DNA of 63,990 nucleotides, counting the filler, from Trichomonas gallinae (lineage: Eukaryota): the NCBI GenBank assembly GCA_008369845.1. It is 5 parts of 5 records of this genome, joined end to end, with 100 filler letters (N's around TTAATTAATTAA, not from the genome) between each part and the next. Parts side by side here need not be neighbours in the genome. Positions count along the whole stretch, not along the records: positions 1 to 17,741 come from MRSU01000340.1; 4 more parts are not named here. One strand, 5' to 3'. A program made the position numbers and the translations under genes. Below, one piece after another: positions 1 to 10,459 of this stretch (its first letter is position 1; the number at the start of each line of letters is the position of its first letter). The notes beneath the pieces were generated by a model. The model was not told the origin of the DNA, did no database searches, and was given only the letters and a program-made list of their open reading frames with translations.

Positions 1-142
1 AATCTTGTCTAATTCATTAACATAATGAAATCCCAAAAAAAAAAAAAAAAAAAAAACACCTATTATAGGGAAAAGGAATGAAATATAAGGTTATATTTTG
101 AGTAGTTTATAAAATTATGATAAGGTTATTTTCCTTTTTTAG

Positions 143-1069
143 GCTGATATCGTTAAGCCTGGCGTTGCAGGCGACGTTTGGAGCTACTTTTTCACAGCTA
201 AGGCTGATGTCGTTAGTGGAACAAACCCATATGTTGCTAATACGAAAAATATGGATGTTCTATATACATTGTTTAGATACTTAAATGATCGCGCCATTCG
301 AATTTCTGATGTCCAATCTAATCTTTGCGTTAGTTATAGCACACTTATGAACATAACTGCAACCTCTAATGTAACATTAGGTGGTGGTTCTATTTTAATG
401 ACGAGTGGAATCACTTTTGTATCATATAGCACACTTTATTATGGATCATGCATTGATAGTGGAGGGCAGACATTAAGAATTACATTCAAAAATCAGAAAA
501 AAGTGATATTGAATAATTTTGATTGTTGTGATAAAAATCTGACCCGAGGTAGGTATACAACTGTTTTTGATTACGGAGAAGTAGCGTATCAAGATACTAA
601 TACGACCAATTGCTTCGGTCTAAATTCATGTATTCACGTTTCTATTGTTGGGCAAGTGATAACGCGTTCAAAGTTCATTAATAACATTTCTCCGAAAGAG
701 CAATTGTTTTATTTCAGTGGAACATCAACTATTGTTAAAAATTGTGAAATTTTCAATAATACAGTTGGTTCTAATGGTGTGCTTGTTACTACAAATATAG
801 TCTCAAATGTGACATTCGTTGATTGTATATTCCAAAACAACTCAGCCTTTTGTTTTTTTAATATATTAACAGAAGGATCAAAAATTGCTACATATAATTG
901 TACTCTTGATGCATATGATAGTTGCTCAGAAGCTGTTAGTTTGGATTCAAAACCTGAGTTAAAATATGATTTAATCAGCATCCGAATAAAACCTGGCATC
1001 ATAACATGCAGATCTGTTATAGAGCTTCCTAGCAGATATCTATTGACTCAAGTATTTATATATTTATAA
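143..1069 (+). CDS. Asn/Cys-rich beta-helix-like hypothetical protein; 5' end uncertain
   Basis: ORF 251-1069 is open in frame back to 143 (ADIVKPGVAGDVWSYFF...), preceded by in-frame TAG at 140-142. Shares motifs with 15531-16640 (VWSYFF/IWNYYFG, LNDRAI/LHDRAI) and has xCxFxNN-type repeats. Confidence 0.6.
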   Translation, partial: ADIVKPGVAGDVWSYFFTAKADVVSGTNPYVANTKNMDVLYTLFRYLNDRAIRISDVQSNLCVSYSTLMNITATSNVTLGGGSILMTSGITFVSYSTLYYGSCIDSGGQTLRITFKNQKKVILNNFDCCDKNLTRGRYTTVFDYGEVAYQDTNTTNCFGLNSCIHVSIVGQVITRSKFINNISPKEQLFYFSGTSTIVKNCEIFNNTVGSNGVLVTTNIVSNVTFVDCIFQNNSAFCFFNILTEGSKIATYNCTLDAYDSCSEAVSLDSKPELKYDLISIRIKPGIITCRSVIELPSRYLLTQVFIYL

Positions 1070-1548
1070 AACTATTTTAAAATTTCTTATTTTATAAACT
1101 ATTGTACATTTTATTTGTCGGTAATGCCGTCATAACATACAAAAAGTTCTAAAAGAATAAGCAAGCTCGTTTGAATTTGAATTATAATTTCAAATTTTCT
1201 TATTTTGCATATTTTGCCTATAAGAAATATTACATTTTCTGTAGATATATGACCATGTAACTAAAATTCATTGTTGAGCAATAATATATTTTTCAATTTA
1301 ATTATTCAAATTTGAAGTGCAAAAATCCATAGGATGCCTATGTATTACCTAAACTACTCTGTTCTGAAACTATTACAACAATACTACACTATTTTTTAAT
1401 ATATAGATAATAAACATGAATCATAATCAAAAATGAATAAGTTTACATTTCAAAATCATCGCAATTTCTAACCAAAAGTGACGATTCTAGATGTCAAATA
1501 TGTCATGTAAATAATAATTGCAGGGGTTTGCAAAATAATTTCTGGGTG

Positions 1549-2301
1549 ATGAAACTATTCAAGACTTTTGCATCAGAATTTACATATTTTTGGAAGTCAT
1601 TTTTCGAAAATTTGCCTGAGTGGTTTGCAACTATATGTCTCGGACTTGTTTCTGTTATAATTACTTTGATGATTGAGCCAAAAGAGAGAATTGCTTACTT
1701 TGAGAACTATAATGAGCGATATCCATACTCAGGTGAGACTATTGGTGTACATATTCTTGCAATTCTAATAATTATTTTGCCTTGCGCAGTTTTAGGAATA
1801 TTAACTTTAGCATATCCACGCAGAATAGACTTGTGTCTTGCGGCAATGAGTTTAGCACAATCTCTTTGTCTTACACTTCTCATTACTGAAGCGCTAAAAG
1901 TAACAGTTGCTCGACCACGTCCGAACTTTTTCAGTTACTGCCAATATAACGAAAGTACAAACAAATGCACTGGTCCATCCTCACATAAGCGTGATGCAAG
2001 ACTTTCATTTCCATCTGGACATGCTTCAAACTCATTCGCGACTGGAACTTGGATGTGCTTATTCCTGGGTCAATTCTTCCAAAAAGGTGAAGAAATATGG
2101 TGGATTCTAATGCGTTTTGTGCCGATAGTGATTGCAACATTCATTGCTGCAACAAGAATTATTGATTATATGCATCATGTGAGTGATGTTGTTGGAGGTG
2201 TTATTATAGGAATAGGCTGCTCATCACTAATATTTACTGCTCAGTCAAACAGGATTTTCATGAATGATCGTGTGAGAGAAGATCCAATGTTCCAGCTTTA
2301 A
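1549..2301 (+). CDS. PAP2 family phosphatidic acid / lipid phosphate phosphatase
   Basis: PAP2 motifs KxxxxxxRP (KVTVARPRP), PSGH (SFPSGHA) and xRxxxxxHxxxD (TRIIDYMHHVSDV); about 6 TM segments; first ATG at 1549. Confidence 0.92.
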   Translation: MKLFKTFASEFTYFWKSFFENLPEWFATICLGLVSVIITLMIEPKERIAYFENYNERYPYSGETIGVHILAILIIILPCAVLGILTLAYPRRIDLCLAAMSLAQSLCLTLLITEALKVTVARPRPNFFSYCQYNESTNKCTGPSSHKRDARLSFPSGHASNSFATGTWMCLFLGQFFQKGEEIWWILMRFVPIVIATFIAATRIIDYMHHVSDVVGGVIIGIGCSSLIFTAQSNRIFMNDRVREDPMFQL

Positions 2302-2711
2302 CTCTCCAAAACTTAATGTAATGTATACTAGTTATGACCATGCCTTGTTTTATAATTAAACTCAGCCCTTTCCTTGAATTTGTATTTGATTTCTTATTGT
2401 CAAATTAAAAATTTACGTGTCAGATTTTAAATCAATCGTAATGTTGTTTTTACTCATATGGAATACTTGAATATAAATCTTAATTGAAACATTAGTATAT
2501 GTGGTACACTGTTTGATATACTTAGTAAACTAACTAAGCTTATTATTGATCAACCAATATGCATTGATCAAATTACCTGAATGGATAGAAATATTTTCTG
2601 ACAAATAATCAATTTGTAAAATATAATTTTTGTCAAATGTCGAGTAAAATTATCATATTCAATTCTTTTCGAGCCAAACTCAGGCCTGATCATTCCAGCG
2701 GAATCCTTCTA

Positions 2712-2952
2712 AATTAAGACTGTAAATAAAGTATGGCCATAAGTGTTACATACGAAAAAGTTTCAAGAAGCTATGATAGATTCATAGAGTTAGAATCATT
2801 TATTGATAAATTATTCATGGAAAATTGTCAAATTCAATTTAATTATTGTCAAATGAATTAGTTTAATTAAGGCTGTAGATACAGTATGGCCATCAGTATC
2901 ACAAATTAGAAAATCTCAAAATGCTATCATAGATTCATTGAGTTTGAAACAA
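2712..2952. repeat. Diverged direct duplication (~90 bp, two copies ~153 bp apart)
   Basis: ctgtaaataaagtatggccataagtgttaca...gctatgatagattcatagagtt versus ctgtagatacagtatggccatcagtatcaca...gctatcatagattcattgagtt. Confidence 0.7.
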
Positions 2953-3012
2953 TATTTGTCAAATGTAAAGTAAATATTGTCAGAAATGAAAAAGACAAAA
3001 ATTTTTCTAAAA

Positions 3013-3954
3013 ATGGAGGGGAATGCACCATTCTTTGTATCAAAGAATGAAATCCGCTCTACAAGAGAGATGCTAATTAACGGCATTCGCCCTGATGGAA
3101 GAGATCCACTGCAGCCTAGGCCGCTAAAAATCGATTTTTCCGATGGTGCCTGCATCATCAAACTTGGAAACACAATTGTTTCCTGCAGAGTACTAAAGAA
3201 ACAAGTTTTAGCCGATGAGAATCATCCAAATCAGGGATTTTTCTCTATCGGTCTCGCATCAACACACAAAATCGAATCTAATTTTCGCGCAGAAACATTA
3301 AATGCAGTTCGTGATATGTTCAAAATGAATAATGCACTCGATTTAGAATCCCTTGTTATTCAAATTGGCAAGATAGTTTGGGAATTACGCTGCGAAATTG
3401 TGATTCTCGAAAATGACGGTGGATTATTCGAAGCAATGACAATTGCCGTAGCATGTGGCATACTTGCAACAAAATTACCATCAACACGTGGTGATAAGCC
3501 AGTTACTTTACATCATATTCCAATACCAATTACATTTGCTTTTATTGATCAAAGAACAAAATTCGTAGATCCAACAGTTCTCGAAGCTTTATCATGCGAT
3601 GGATTTCTGACTATATTCGCGAATGCTCAAGGAGACGTTTGTTCAATACGCAAAAACGGTGGCGTAACATTACCGCCTACAGTATTAGATAACTGTATTG
3701 ATATCGCTGTTGACTTAGCAAAACAATGGCATATCAATATAATGGATTGCATGGGAAGTGATGCTCCACCGCTTCTCAAAGCAATCGTTAGTTATAGCAA
3801 TCAGCCTCCTGTTGTTCCTCAGACCGAACATGAAGCACAATTGGAAGTTGTTAAAGAAATGAAGAAAGAAAATCCAGAAGTTCCTCCAGAACAGAAAGAG
3901 AACGATGAGAATGACGACGATGTTAGTGGAATTTTGGGTGTATTTAGTTTCTAA
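3013..3954 (+). CDS. RRP45: Exosome RNase PH-like subunit, Rrp45/EXOSC9-like
   Basis: RPDGR motif, KLGNTIVSC, ALDLESLVIQIGKIVWELR, NDGGLFEA, LHHIPIPITFAF, DPTVLE; most likely ATG at 3013. Confidence 0.8.
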   Translation: MEGNAPFFVSKNEIRSTREMLINGIRPDGRDPLQPRPLKIDFSDGACIIKLGNTIVSCRVLKKQVLADENHPNQGFFSIGLASTHKIESNFRAETLNAVRDMFKMNNALDLESLVIQIGKIVWELRCEIVILENDGGLFEAMTIAVACGILATKLPSTRGDKPVTLHHIPIPITFAFIDQRTKFVDPTVLEALSCDGFLTIFANAQGDVCSIRKNGGVTLPPTVLDNCIDIAVDLAKQWHINIMDCMGSDAPPLLKAIVSYSNQPPVVPQTEHEAQLEVVKEMKKENPEVPPEQKENDENDDDVSGILGVFSF

Positions 3955-4566
3955 TTTTTATATATTATTATTTCTTTTTTATTTATACATTATAGAATTT
4001 AAATAGAATTATTCTTTTGTTTTTTCTAACTAATATTAGTTTAAACTGCGGATCTAAACATCGGGACCGAAAATAAAATATTTTTTTTGTAATGAAAACT
4101 CAGAATATAAATATCATATGTTAGGAATGATCAATTAATGTTTTTAGGCAGCCAAATGTTTGATTGATCATCACCAAAGTTATTGAAGCGTTATAATTCT
4201 GAAACGAAGTATAATGATTAATCTCAGAGTATCTATGGGTATGATATCTAATAATGGAAGATTGAAAAATTCCAATTATTATTAATTTAAAAATCAAAAT
4301 TAATGATAACAACTTCAAATGGAAAAAAGTATTGTACGGCAAAATCATTCTTCAACTATTGCTCTATATAAGTGTTCTAGCATTTAGGGGTTTGGAACGT
4401 TATATGTGGCTGCAGAAAGTGTTTTTCTCATGTCACTTTTAAAGAGTTTTTTTCATTATTTCGATGAAATATGGACTGTTATGCTGATAAATGTGAAAAA
4501 AAAAATTGGTTAATTAAGGTTTCCAAAAATAAGGTTCTAATCAATTTGTCACTTTTATACATAAGA

Positions 4567-4938
4567 ATGGGCTGCTGCGGATCTAAGCAGTATGAACATC
4601 TTATGTTTGATGATCCTCAGCCAATGCGGAACCCACCTGGATACTACACACGCAGAAAGCCAAGACCAAATGAAGTAGAAGAACTTGCAGAAGCTTTATC
4701 TCTTGAAACATTCCAGAAAAACAGAGCCTATTTGTTGAGAAAAGTTGAAGACCTGGAACTAGACAATTCGAAAGTAGTCTTACTGCTTCGTTCTCTTAAA
4801 CTTGATAACGAAAGAATAGAATTCATCAAAACTTATCACGCAAACTTCAAGAATGTGAAGAGAAATGATATGATGTATACATTTAGAAATCAAAACAAAT
4901 TTGCCGAAGTTGAAAGATATCTGACGCTTCGTCCTTAA
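4567..4938 (+). CDS. Small protein with N-terminal acylation signal and DUF4476-like helical domain
   Basis: Starts MGCCGSK (Gly2 myristoylation plus Cys palmitoylation pattern), with Inr-like TCACTT at 4549. The C-terminal pattern LLLRSLKLDNERIEFIKTY...TFRNQNKFAEVERYL resembles DUF4476. Confidence 0.65.
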   Translation: MGCCGSKQYEHLMFDDPQPMRNPPGYYTRRKPRPNEVEELAEALSLETFQKNRAYLLRKVEDLELDNSKVVLLLRSLKLDNERIEFIKTYHANFKNVKRNDMMYTFRNQNKFAEVERYLTLRP

Positions 4939-5011
4939 CTAATTTTATTAATAAATTCTGTCATTTAAAAATATACAAACAAATTTATCTAACAAACAAA
5001 AAAAAATCAAA

Positions 5012-6364
5012 TCAAACAGATATATCATCTTCTTCATGCAATTTTCTACGAGTTTTTTCATCTGTTTCGAGAATACATGGAGATGCTGGGAGCTTCATTC
5101 CATGGGACCAATCTATTCCCGCTTTATGCTTTAATTCGTCGACATTGATTCTTTGAATTTCAGACATCGTGAGTTTCTTTGGTTCAGAGGCGTCAATGTC
5201 GCCATCTTCGATCATTTGATACTGATCGGCTGACTTATCTGATCTAAGTCTGAAAATAAAGCACATAAACGAAAGCATCATGACCAGAACGAAATCTAGG
5301 ACGAACTGCTTCACCCAAAACAAGACGCTGACGAATATGGTGACAACTATTCGCGCGATTATGAAAACGCAGCAAACCACGACGGAAATTTTAAGATAAA
5401 TAAAAGCGCGGTATTTTGCGTAAATTGGAGTAGATTCTGGGTTAATGCCAGCCTCCGATATGATATATAGATAAGCGAGGAAATGAAGCCGCGAGTGATT
5501 GATACTTACAATTAATTCTCGAATAAATAATGCAATTGTAAGAACTGCGATGATGGAAAGCACAGCATCAGCTGATTTAATGTTGGCAAACGTCAGCAAA
5601 CAGTTGAATGCTGTATAGCATAAAGCATATAAAACTGAAAAAAATATTTCTTTGCATGATAATGATACTCTATACACGCACCAGCCTTTTGCGGACAAAA
5701 GGAGTGTGATAAATAGCATAGAAATATAAGAAACGTTGAAAAATATTCGTACAATTGTTGAGATTGTCGCTGAGTTGTCTTTAGCAAGCATAATAAACTC
5801 AACATAGCTTGATATATGGTACAGAAGGCCGAATATAATAGAAGCGGAGATGAAATAATGGATTTTGATCCTTGTATTGCAATGTAAACACCAATTAATC
5901 GTCCAAATGATAAAAAGAAGCGTGTAATATATTGTAATTCCGAAGTGCGACCAATCACTGCCAATCCATCGATAATCTAAGAATGATGAAGGATTGATGA
6001 ATATTTCATCCAACGTAACTTTAGTTGTATTTGACGCGCAATTGTAAATAATTGGTATATAGACACTTTTCTTTGTAATAACTCCAGAAAATTCATAAGT
6101 ATTTCCATGATGAACGTATGTTTTGAAGTCAGGGACAGGTGGAGCCCCCTGGCATAGGCTCTTTACACGTGTTGATATAAGGAAATCGAAAGGATAATCA
6201 TTTTCTGATAGTAGCGCGTAATATAATTGAGGTGTACGAACATTGGAGAAAGTAACATTAAAAGTGGCATTAGCCCTGAATCCGAATGAGTCCAATATGT
6301 ATATATCCCCTAAAGTGTCAATCTGTTTGTAATATCTATATGACAAAATTAGAAAACATATCAT
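5012..6364 (-). CDS. Seven-TM GOST family (lung 7TM receptor, GPR107/TMEM87-like) protein
   Basis: Signal peptide, lumenal domain (FGF...NPxxFLD), 7 hydrophobic helices with KIHYFI and LSAKGWC motifs, cytosolic tail. Confidence 0.75.
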   Translation of the reverse strand: MICFLILSYRYYKQIDTLGDIYILDSFGFRANATFNVTFSNVRTPQLYYALLSENDYPFDFLISTRVKSLCQGAPPVPDFKTYVHHGNTYEFSGVITKKSVYIPIIYNCASNTTKVTLDEIFINPSSFLDYRWIGSDWSHFGITIYYTLLFIIWTINWCLHCNTRIKIHYFISASIIFGLLYHISSYVEFIMLAKDNSATISTIVRIFFNVSYISMLFITLLLSAKGWCVYRVSLSCKEIFFSVLYALCYTAFNCLLTFANIKSADAVLSIIAVLTIALFIRELIVSINHSRLHFLAYLYIISEAGINPESTPIYAKYRAFIYLKISVVVCCVFIIARIVVTIFVSVLFWVKQFVLDFVLVMMLSFMCFIFRLRSDKSADQYQMIEDGDIDASEPKKLTMSEIQRINVDELKHKAGIDWSHGMKLPASPCILETDEKTRRKLHEEDDISV

Positions 6365-6823
6365 AATTTTTTAAAAAAATTTAAATTGAGAAGTTTACAA
6401 AATAATTTTTCAAGATTTTTGTTTTTAAGTTGTTTTTGGAGTGATGATACTTGGAAAATGCATAATACAAAATAAAATCGAAAAAAATAACCCTTACCAA
6501 ATTGCGTGGTTAAAACTCAGTTTTTGACCTAAATTTTTATATAACAAACAAAACCATATACGAATATGCAATAAAAAATTACGATTGTTTAGTTGGCAAA
6601 CGAGCGATAATTCAAGCCAAATGATTTGTAGATATATAATAGCACATAATAAAGGATTTAAATCTGTGAATATCTTCAAATAAATTCAAAAATATTTTTT
6701 ATCAAAATATTTTTATCTTTGACTATTTTTTATAAGGAAACATTGATCTAAATTGTCAACAGTTTATTGTTATAAGTAAGATCAACGATAAAAAACAAGT
6801 AATATATAACATTCAAACATTTA

Positions 6824-8182
6824 TCAGTTCTTCTTAGCCTTGAGAAGCTTCTCTTGTGTTGATGAGATCTGCGCGAAAAGTGTATCAACCTTCCTCTCAA
6901 GTCCGAGCTCGTCGTAGATCTTTGGACAGTTCTTCTTTTGAGCAGAAAGGAAATTAATGTATGTCATGATCTTTCCGATGCGAACTTCGGCCTCCTTTGT
7001 GATTCCTATCTTTTGAGCAATGAGCTTCTTGCTATAAACTGCGAACCATTCGAAAATGAAATCATATGTCTTAGACATCAAGGATTTGAGCTCATCAGCT
7101 GATGGAACCCAACCTGATACACGAGAAACAAAGTTATCGAACTTCTCGAGGTTCATTTTATCTGGTTCTCCCAAATCGAGAAGAAGCTGGAAATATTTTG
7201 TGGTTGTTTCCTGGTCTTTGTATGATGTTGATATGAGGGCCAGTGGCATGGAGATCTTGAATTTCCTGATGTAATCGAGTGCCTCGCTTCTTATGATTGA
7301 ATCTCTGATTAAATCTCTGTGCTTCATTGAGCTTCTCTTCATTCTTGTTTTTCCGAATACTGTTGCCATCTTCCATGCGCCTGAGTTCCTTTCCCAAAGG
7401 AATCCGTTCGGTTGGCCGCAAAGCCACCAAATTGTACTTCCTGCTGCTGTACTCATGCGCTTCTTAAGATCTTCGCCGTTGAAAAGCGATGTCATGCTTC
7501 CGACAGTCACATCGAAGCCCATGATCTGCGGCGTTTTCGTAAGGGAGAAGTCCATGGCTGTGCAAAATGGAATTTCGGGCAAATCCGGGTCCTCTTTGAA
7601 TTCGAACTGAATGAGCATATCCAGGGAGACAGTGAGGTTGTTGAATGAAACATTAACATCAATTGACGGATTTTTCAAAGTCAAAAGCGCATTAAGTACA
7701 AATGAAGGGTAATAAATGGCCTGGAGCTCCATGAGAATTGACTTATCGGCTGGGCGTGGTTTTTCTGGGACTTTAATGAAAGTAATCTGTGGCGAAGTAT
7801 TACCTAATTTGATTTCTTTGAGAACGAGCTTTTCGAGATAAGGGATTTTTTGCTGGTCGACAACCCACTGTAAGCTAGCCTTGAATTGTTCGACACGCTC
7901 TTGAGAGAAAATATTTGGCCATAAAATTTTCAAGAATTCTGTCATATAATTGGCAGCCTCTTCTTTGCCGACTTTAGGCTTCGCAAACTTCTCGTTTACT
8001 TCCTCCTGGGTGTTCAACATCTTGTATTCAGGAGCATTATTCAAGATGTACAGGACGGGCATGAAAAAGAAGCACATGAACAGCATTCCGTGCATCGCGA
8101 AGAACAAAGAAAGCGCGGACATTACAGTCAGAAGGGCAATCTTCTGCATGAACACATTTTTAGGATTTACTCCTTTATCCAT
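6824..8182 (-). CDS. SMP (TULIP) lipid-transfer domain protein with N-terminal membrane anchor
   Basis: N-terminal hydrophobic segment, then EAANYMTEFLKILWP...IPYLEKLVLKEIKLGNTSPQITFIKV, matching the SMP start (WLN..L..LWP...F.LG..PP.I) of E-Syt/Mmm1-type proteins. Confidence 0.7.
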   Translation of the reverse strand: MDKGVNPKNVFMQKIALLTVMSALSLFFAMHGMLFMCFFFMPVLYILNNAPEYKMLNTQEEVNEKFAKPKVGKEEAANYMTEFLKILWPNIFSQERVEQFKASLQWVVDQQKIPYLEKLVLKEIKLGNTSPQITFIKVPEKPRPADKSILMELQAIYYPSFVLNALLTLKNPSIDVNVSFNNLTVSLDMLIQFEFKEDPDLPEIPFCTAMDFSLTKTPQIMGFDVTVGSMTSLFNGEDLKKRMSTAAGSTIWWLCGQPNGFLWERNSGAWKMATVFGKTRMKRSSMKHRDLIRDSIIRSEALDYIRKFKISMPLALISTSYKDQETTTKYFQLLLDLGEPDKMNLEKFDNFVSRVSGWVPSADELKSLMSKTYDFIFEWFAVYSKKLIAQKIGITKEAEVRIGKIMTYINFLSAQKKNCPKIYDELGLERKVDTLFAQISSTQEKLLKAKKN

Positions 8183-8922
8183 TATTTAGTTAAGGGTCTC
8201 GAAAAAATATTCAGGGGATAAATGCGACAATTCAAAAACTCATCAAATCAACTTGTAACACATATAAACATTATATTCACCTTCACTAGAAAACATATTA
8301 ATCAATTATTTTTAATAAATCAATTAATTAAAAAATATAATTTACAAGTACTACAGGAAGTTCTACTAGAGCAAACAATGACAAGTTTACCAATCATTTG
8401 AATAAATTGATGATGCTTTAGATATAGCTTTCGAATTCATTGAAACTTTGAGCAACAGGAAAATCAAGTTCATTAACTGTGTGGAAATGAGCATTTTATA
8501 GCACATCGAAGAGATGCTGAAAGCTGATTTCTATTCTTTCCCTAAACTTAAATTTTTTCAATTCATTTTTGTCAATCGCATCACCCAGTTTGTCAGTCAT
8601 CAATTAGAGTTGAGACATTATATAGATACAACACCACTTGTGAGAAGTCATCAAGATGGAATTTTTTGATACTTTGTTCTATTTTGACGTTTTCGAAGCA
8701 ATAGTATTGAAGATGACAAATGCTTTGTTTATTTTCGGCGATAATAACGTTTAATCAAATTGCAAAATCATGTTTTTCGAATCATTTTCTTAAACAGTAT
8801 CAAAAATTATCATGAAAATATAAGTTTGATATAATATTATATGAGGAGAAACGTGAACTTATATATACGCGTGGTTAAATTCATTAAGTTCATTAAGTTG
8901 TAAAATTATAATCTAAAATTTT

Positions 8923-10137
8923 TTAAGCAATGTAGCAATAAGATTTTTGCTGGTCGGGTTCTGGTGTTGGACGTGTATACTTTGTATATGTTGGTCCTCG
9001 TCCTGGATTTCTAACATCACCAATAATAATCTTTTGTCCAGTTGCTAATTTGCGGCATTCTTTAGCGAAACTTCCATCAGCTGCCTCCTTTGGAGTATAA
9101 CCTTCGTTGTCTTTTTCGTCTGCGTTGATTCCGTGAGAAACTAATGATGGAATAACCAAAAATGATGAGTTTGAAGTTGCATAGTGTAGTGGATTTCTTC
9201 CCTTGTTATCTTTCTGAGCTTTCTGCAACTGTGTGATTGCTAAAATTTCATCAACAGCTGCTTGATTATTAAATGCTGAAGCAACCATTAATGCTGTCGT
9301 TCCATTTGGATCAGCAGCATTGACATCACAGCCAATCTTGACGAGTGCAGGAACCATTCCTGGTGTAGAGTATTGTCCTGCGTAGTGAATTGGAGTATAT
9401 CCGATTTTATCTGGAATATTCGCTAATGGAGATAGCAATGGAACAGTTTCGAGTGCACCTCCAATAACTGCGCGATGTAAAAGAGTTTGTCCACATGAAT
9501 TTGTATCATTGAGTGATTGTGGAGAATTTTGAACGAAATATTGAATAATTTGTGCTGCATCGAATTTCGCTGCAAAGTCAAGAGGGCTTCTGCCGAAAAT
9601 ATCTCCAACTAACTGTGCTCCGTGCTGAATTAAATAAATCGCAGCTTCAGTGGAGCGATTTTGGCAGGCGACGTGCAGTGCAGTCATTCCGTAGTTGTCT
9701 GGGAGTGTAACATCTGCGCCTTTCTCTTCAACAAGATACTTAAGAACATCAACATGATTATTTTCTGCAGCGTAATGAATAGGAAGACGTCCTCGCCAGT
9801 CGATGACAACGAGCTCTGCTTTCTCGAAGTGCGGATCTTTCATGAAATCAAGCCTTCCATATTCGGCAGCGAAATGTGCTGATGATTTTCCCCACGCATC
9901 GACTGCATTTGGACTTGCTCCTGCGTCAATGACTGCGTTGAAGCACTTGTGTGCGTTAAAATAGATAGAAGCGTTCGTAATCGGACATCTGTATTGAATT
10001 GGGTCCGGAAGCTGGAAAGTTACTGATTCGAATACGAATTTCATGTTGTCTGGCTCTTCCAGAAACTCTTGGATCAGCTCAAACTGGTCTTCTTCAAGGG
10101 CTTCCTTAATAAATTGATTAAAATTCGGGTCTGACAT
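8923..10137 (-). CDS. Ankyrin repeat protein with C-terminal CaaX motif
   Basis: About 9 ankyrin repeats (GRLPIHYAA, GMTALHVAC, GYTPIHYA, GRNPLHYA); ends CYIA; ATG at 10137. Confidence 0.92.
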   Translation of the reverse strand: MSDPNFNQFIKEALEEDQFELIQEFLEEPDNMKFVFESVTFQLPDPIQYRCPITNASIYFNAHKCFNAVIDAGASPNAVDAWGKSSAHFAAEYGRLDFMKDPHFEKAELVVIDWRGRLPIHYAAENNHVDVLKYLVEEKGADVTLPDNYGMTALHVACQNRSTEAAIYLIQHGAQLVGDIFGRSPLDFAAKFDAAQIIQYFVQNSPQSLNDTNSCGQTLLHRAVIGGALETVPLLSPLANIPDKIGYTPIHYAGQYSTPGMVPALVKIGCDVNAADPNGTTALMVASAFNNQAAVDEILAITQLQKAQKDNKGRNPLHYATSNSSFLVIPSLVSHGINADEKDNEGYTPKEAADGSFAKECRKLATGQKIIIGDVRNPGRGPTYTKYTRPTPEPDQQKSYCYIA

Positions 10138-10459
10138 CAAAAATTTTAATGCGGTTCTATGTCACTTTTTGTAAACTACGATAAATATTTGTCATGTAAA
10201 GTGTCAAAATGTCATAAAACTCATTTCATGAAATGATAATAAGATTACTAATGAATCAATTGTTCTGATATTGCCCTTGTGTAGGATAAATCGATTAATT
10301 ATATTGATAATTCTGCAAAAATTTATTATGAAAAGATTTAGTTTAGAACAATAAAACTGTTATGGTCTATATTTTAGGTTTGGAATAGATATCTCAACTA
10401 GAAAAAGTTCAAAAATGATTCCAAAATTCTTGACGAGATTTGAAAAATAAAAATATTTG

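Noticed and set aside
4040..4350. Possible decayed copy of the MGCCGSK gene (shared CTGCGGATCTAA at 4046 and 4576)
   Set aside because: Only a 12-bp match, with no convincing colinear protein similarity.
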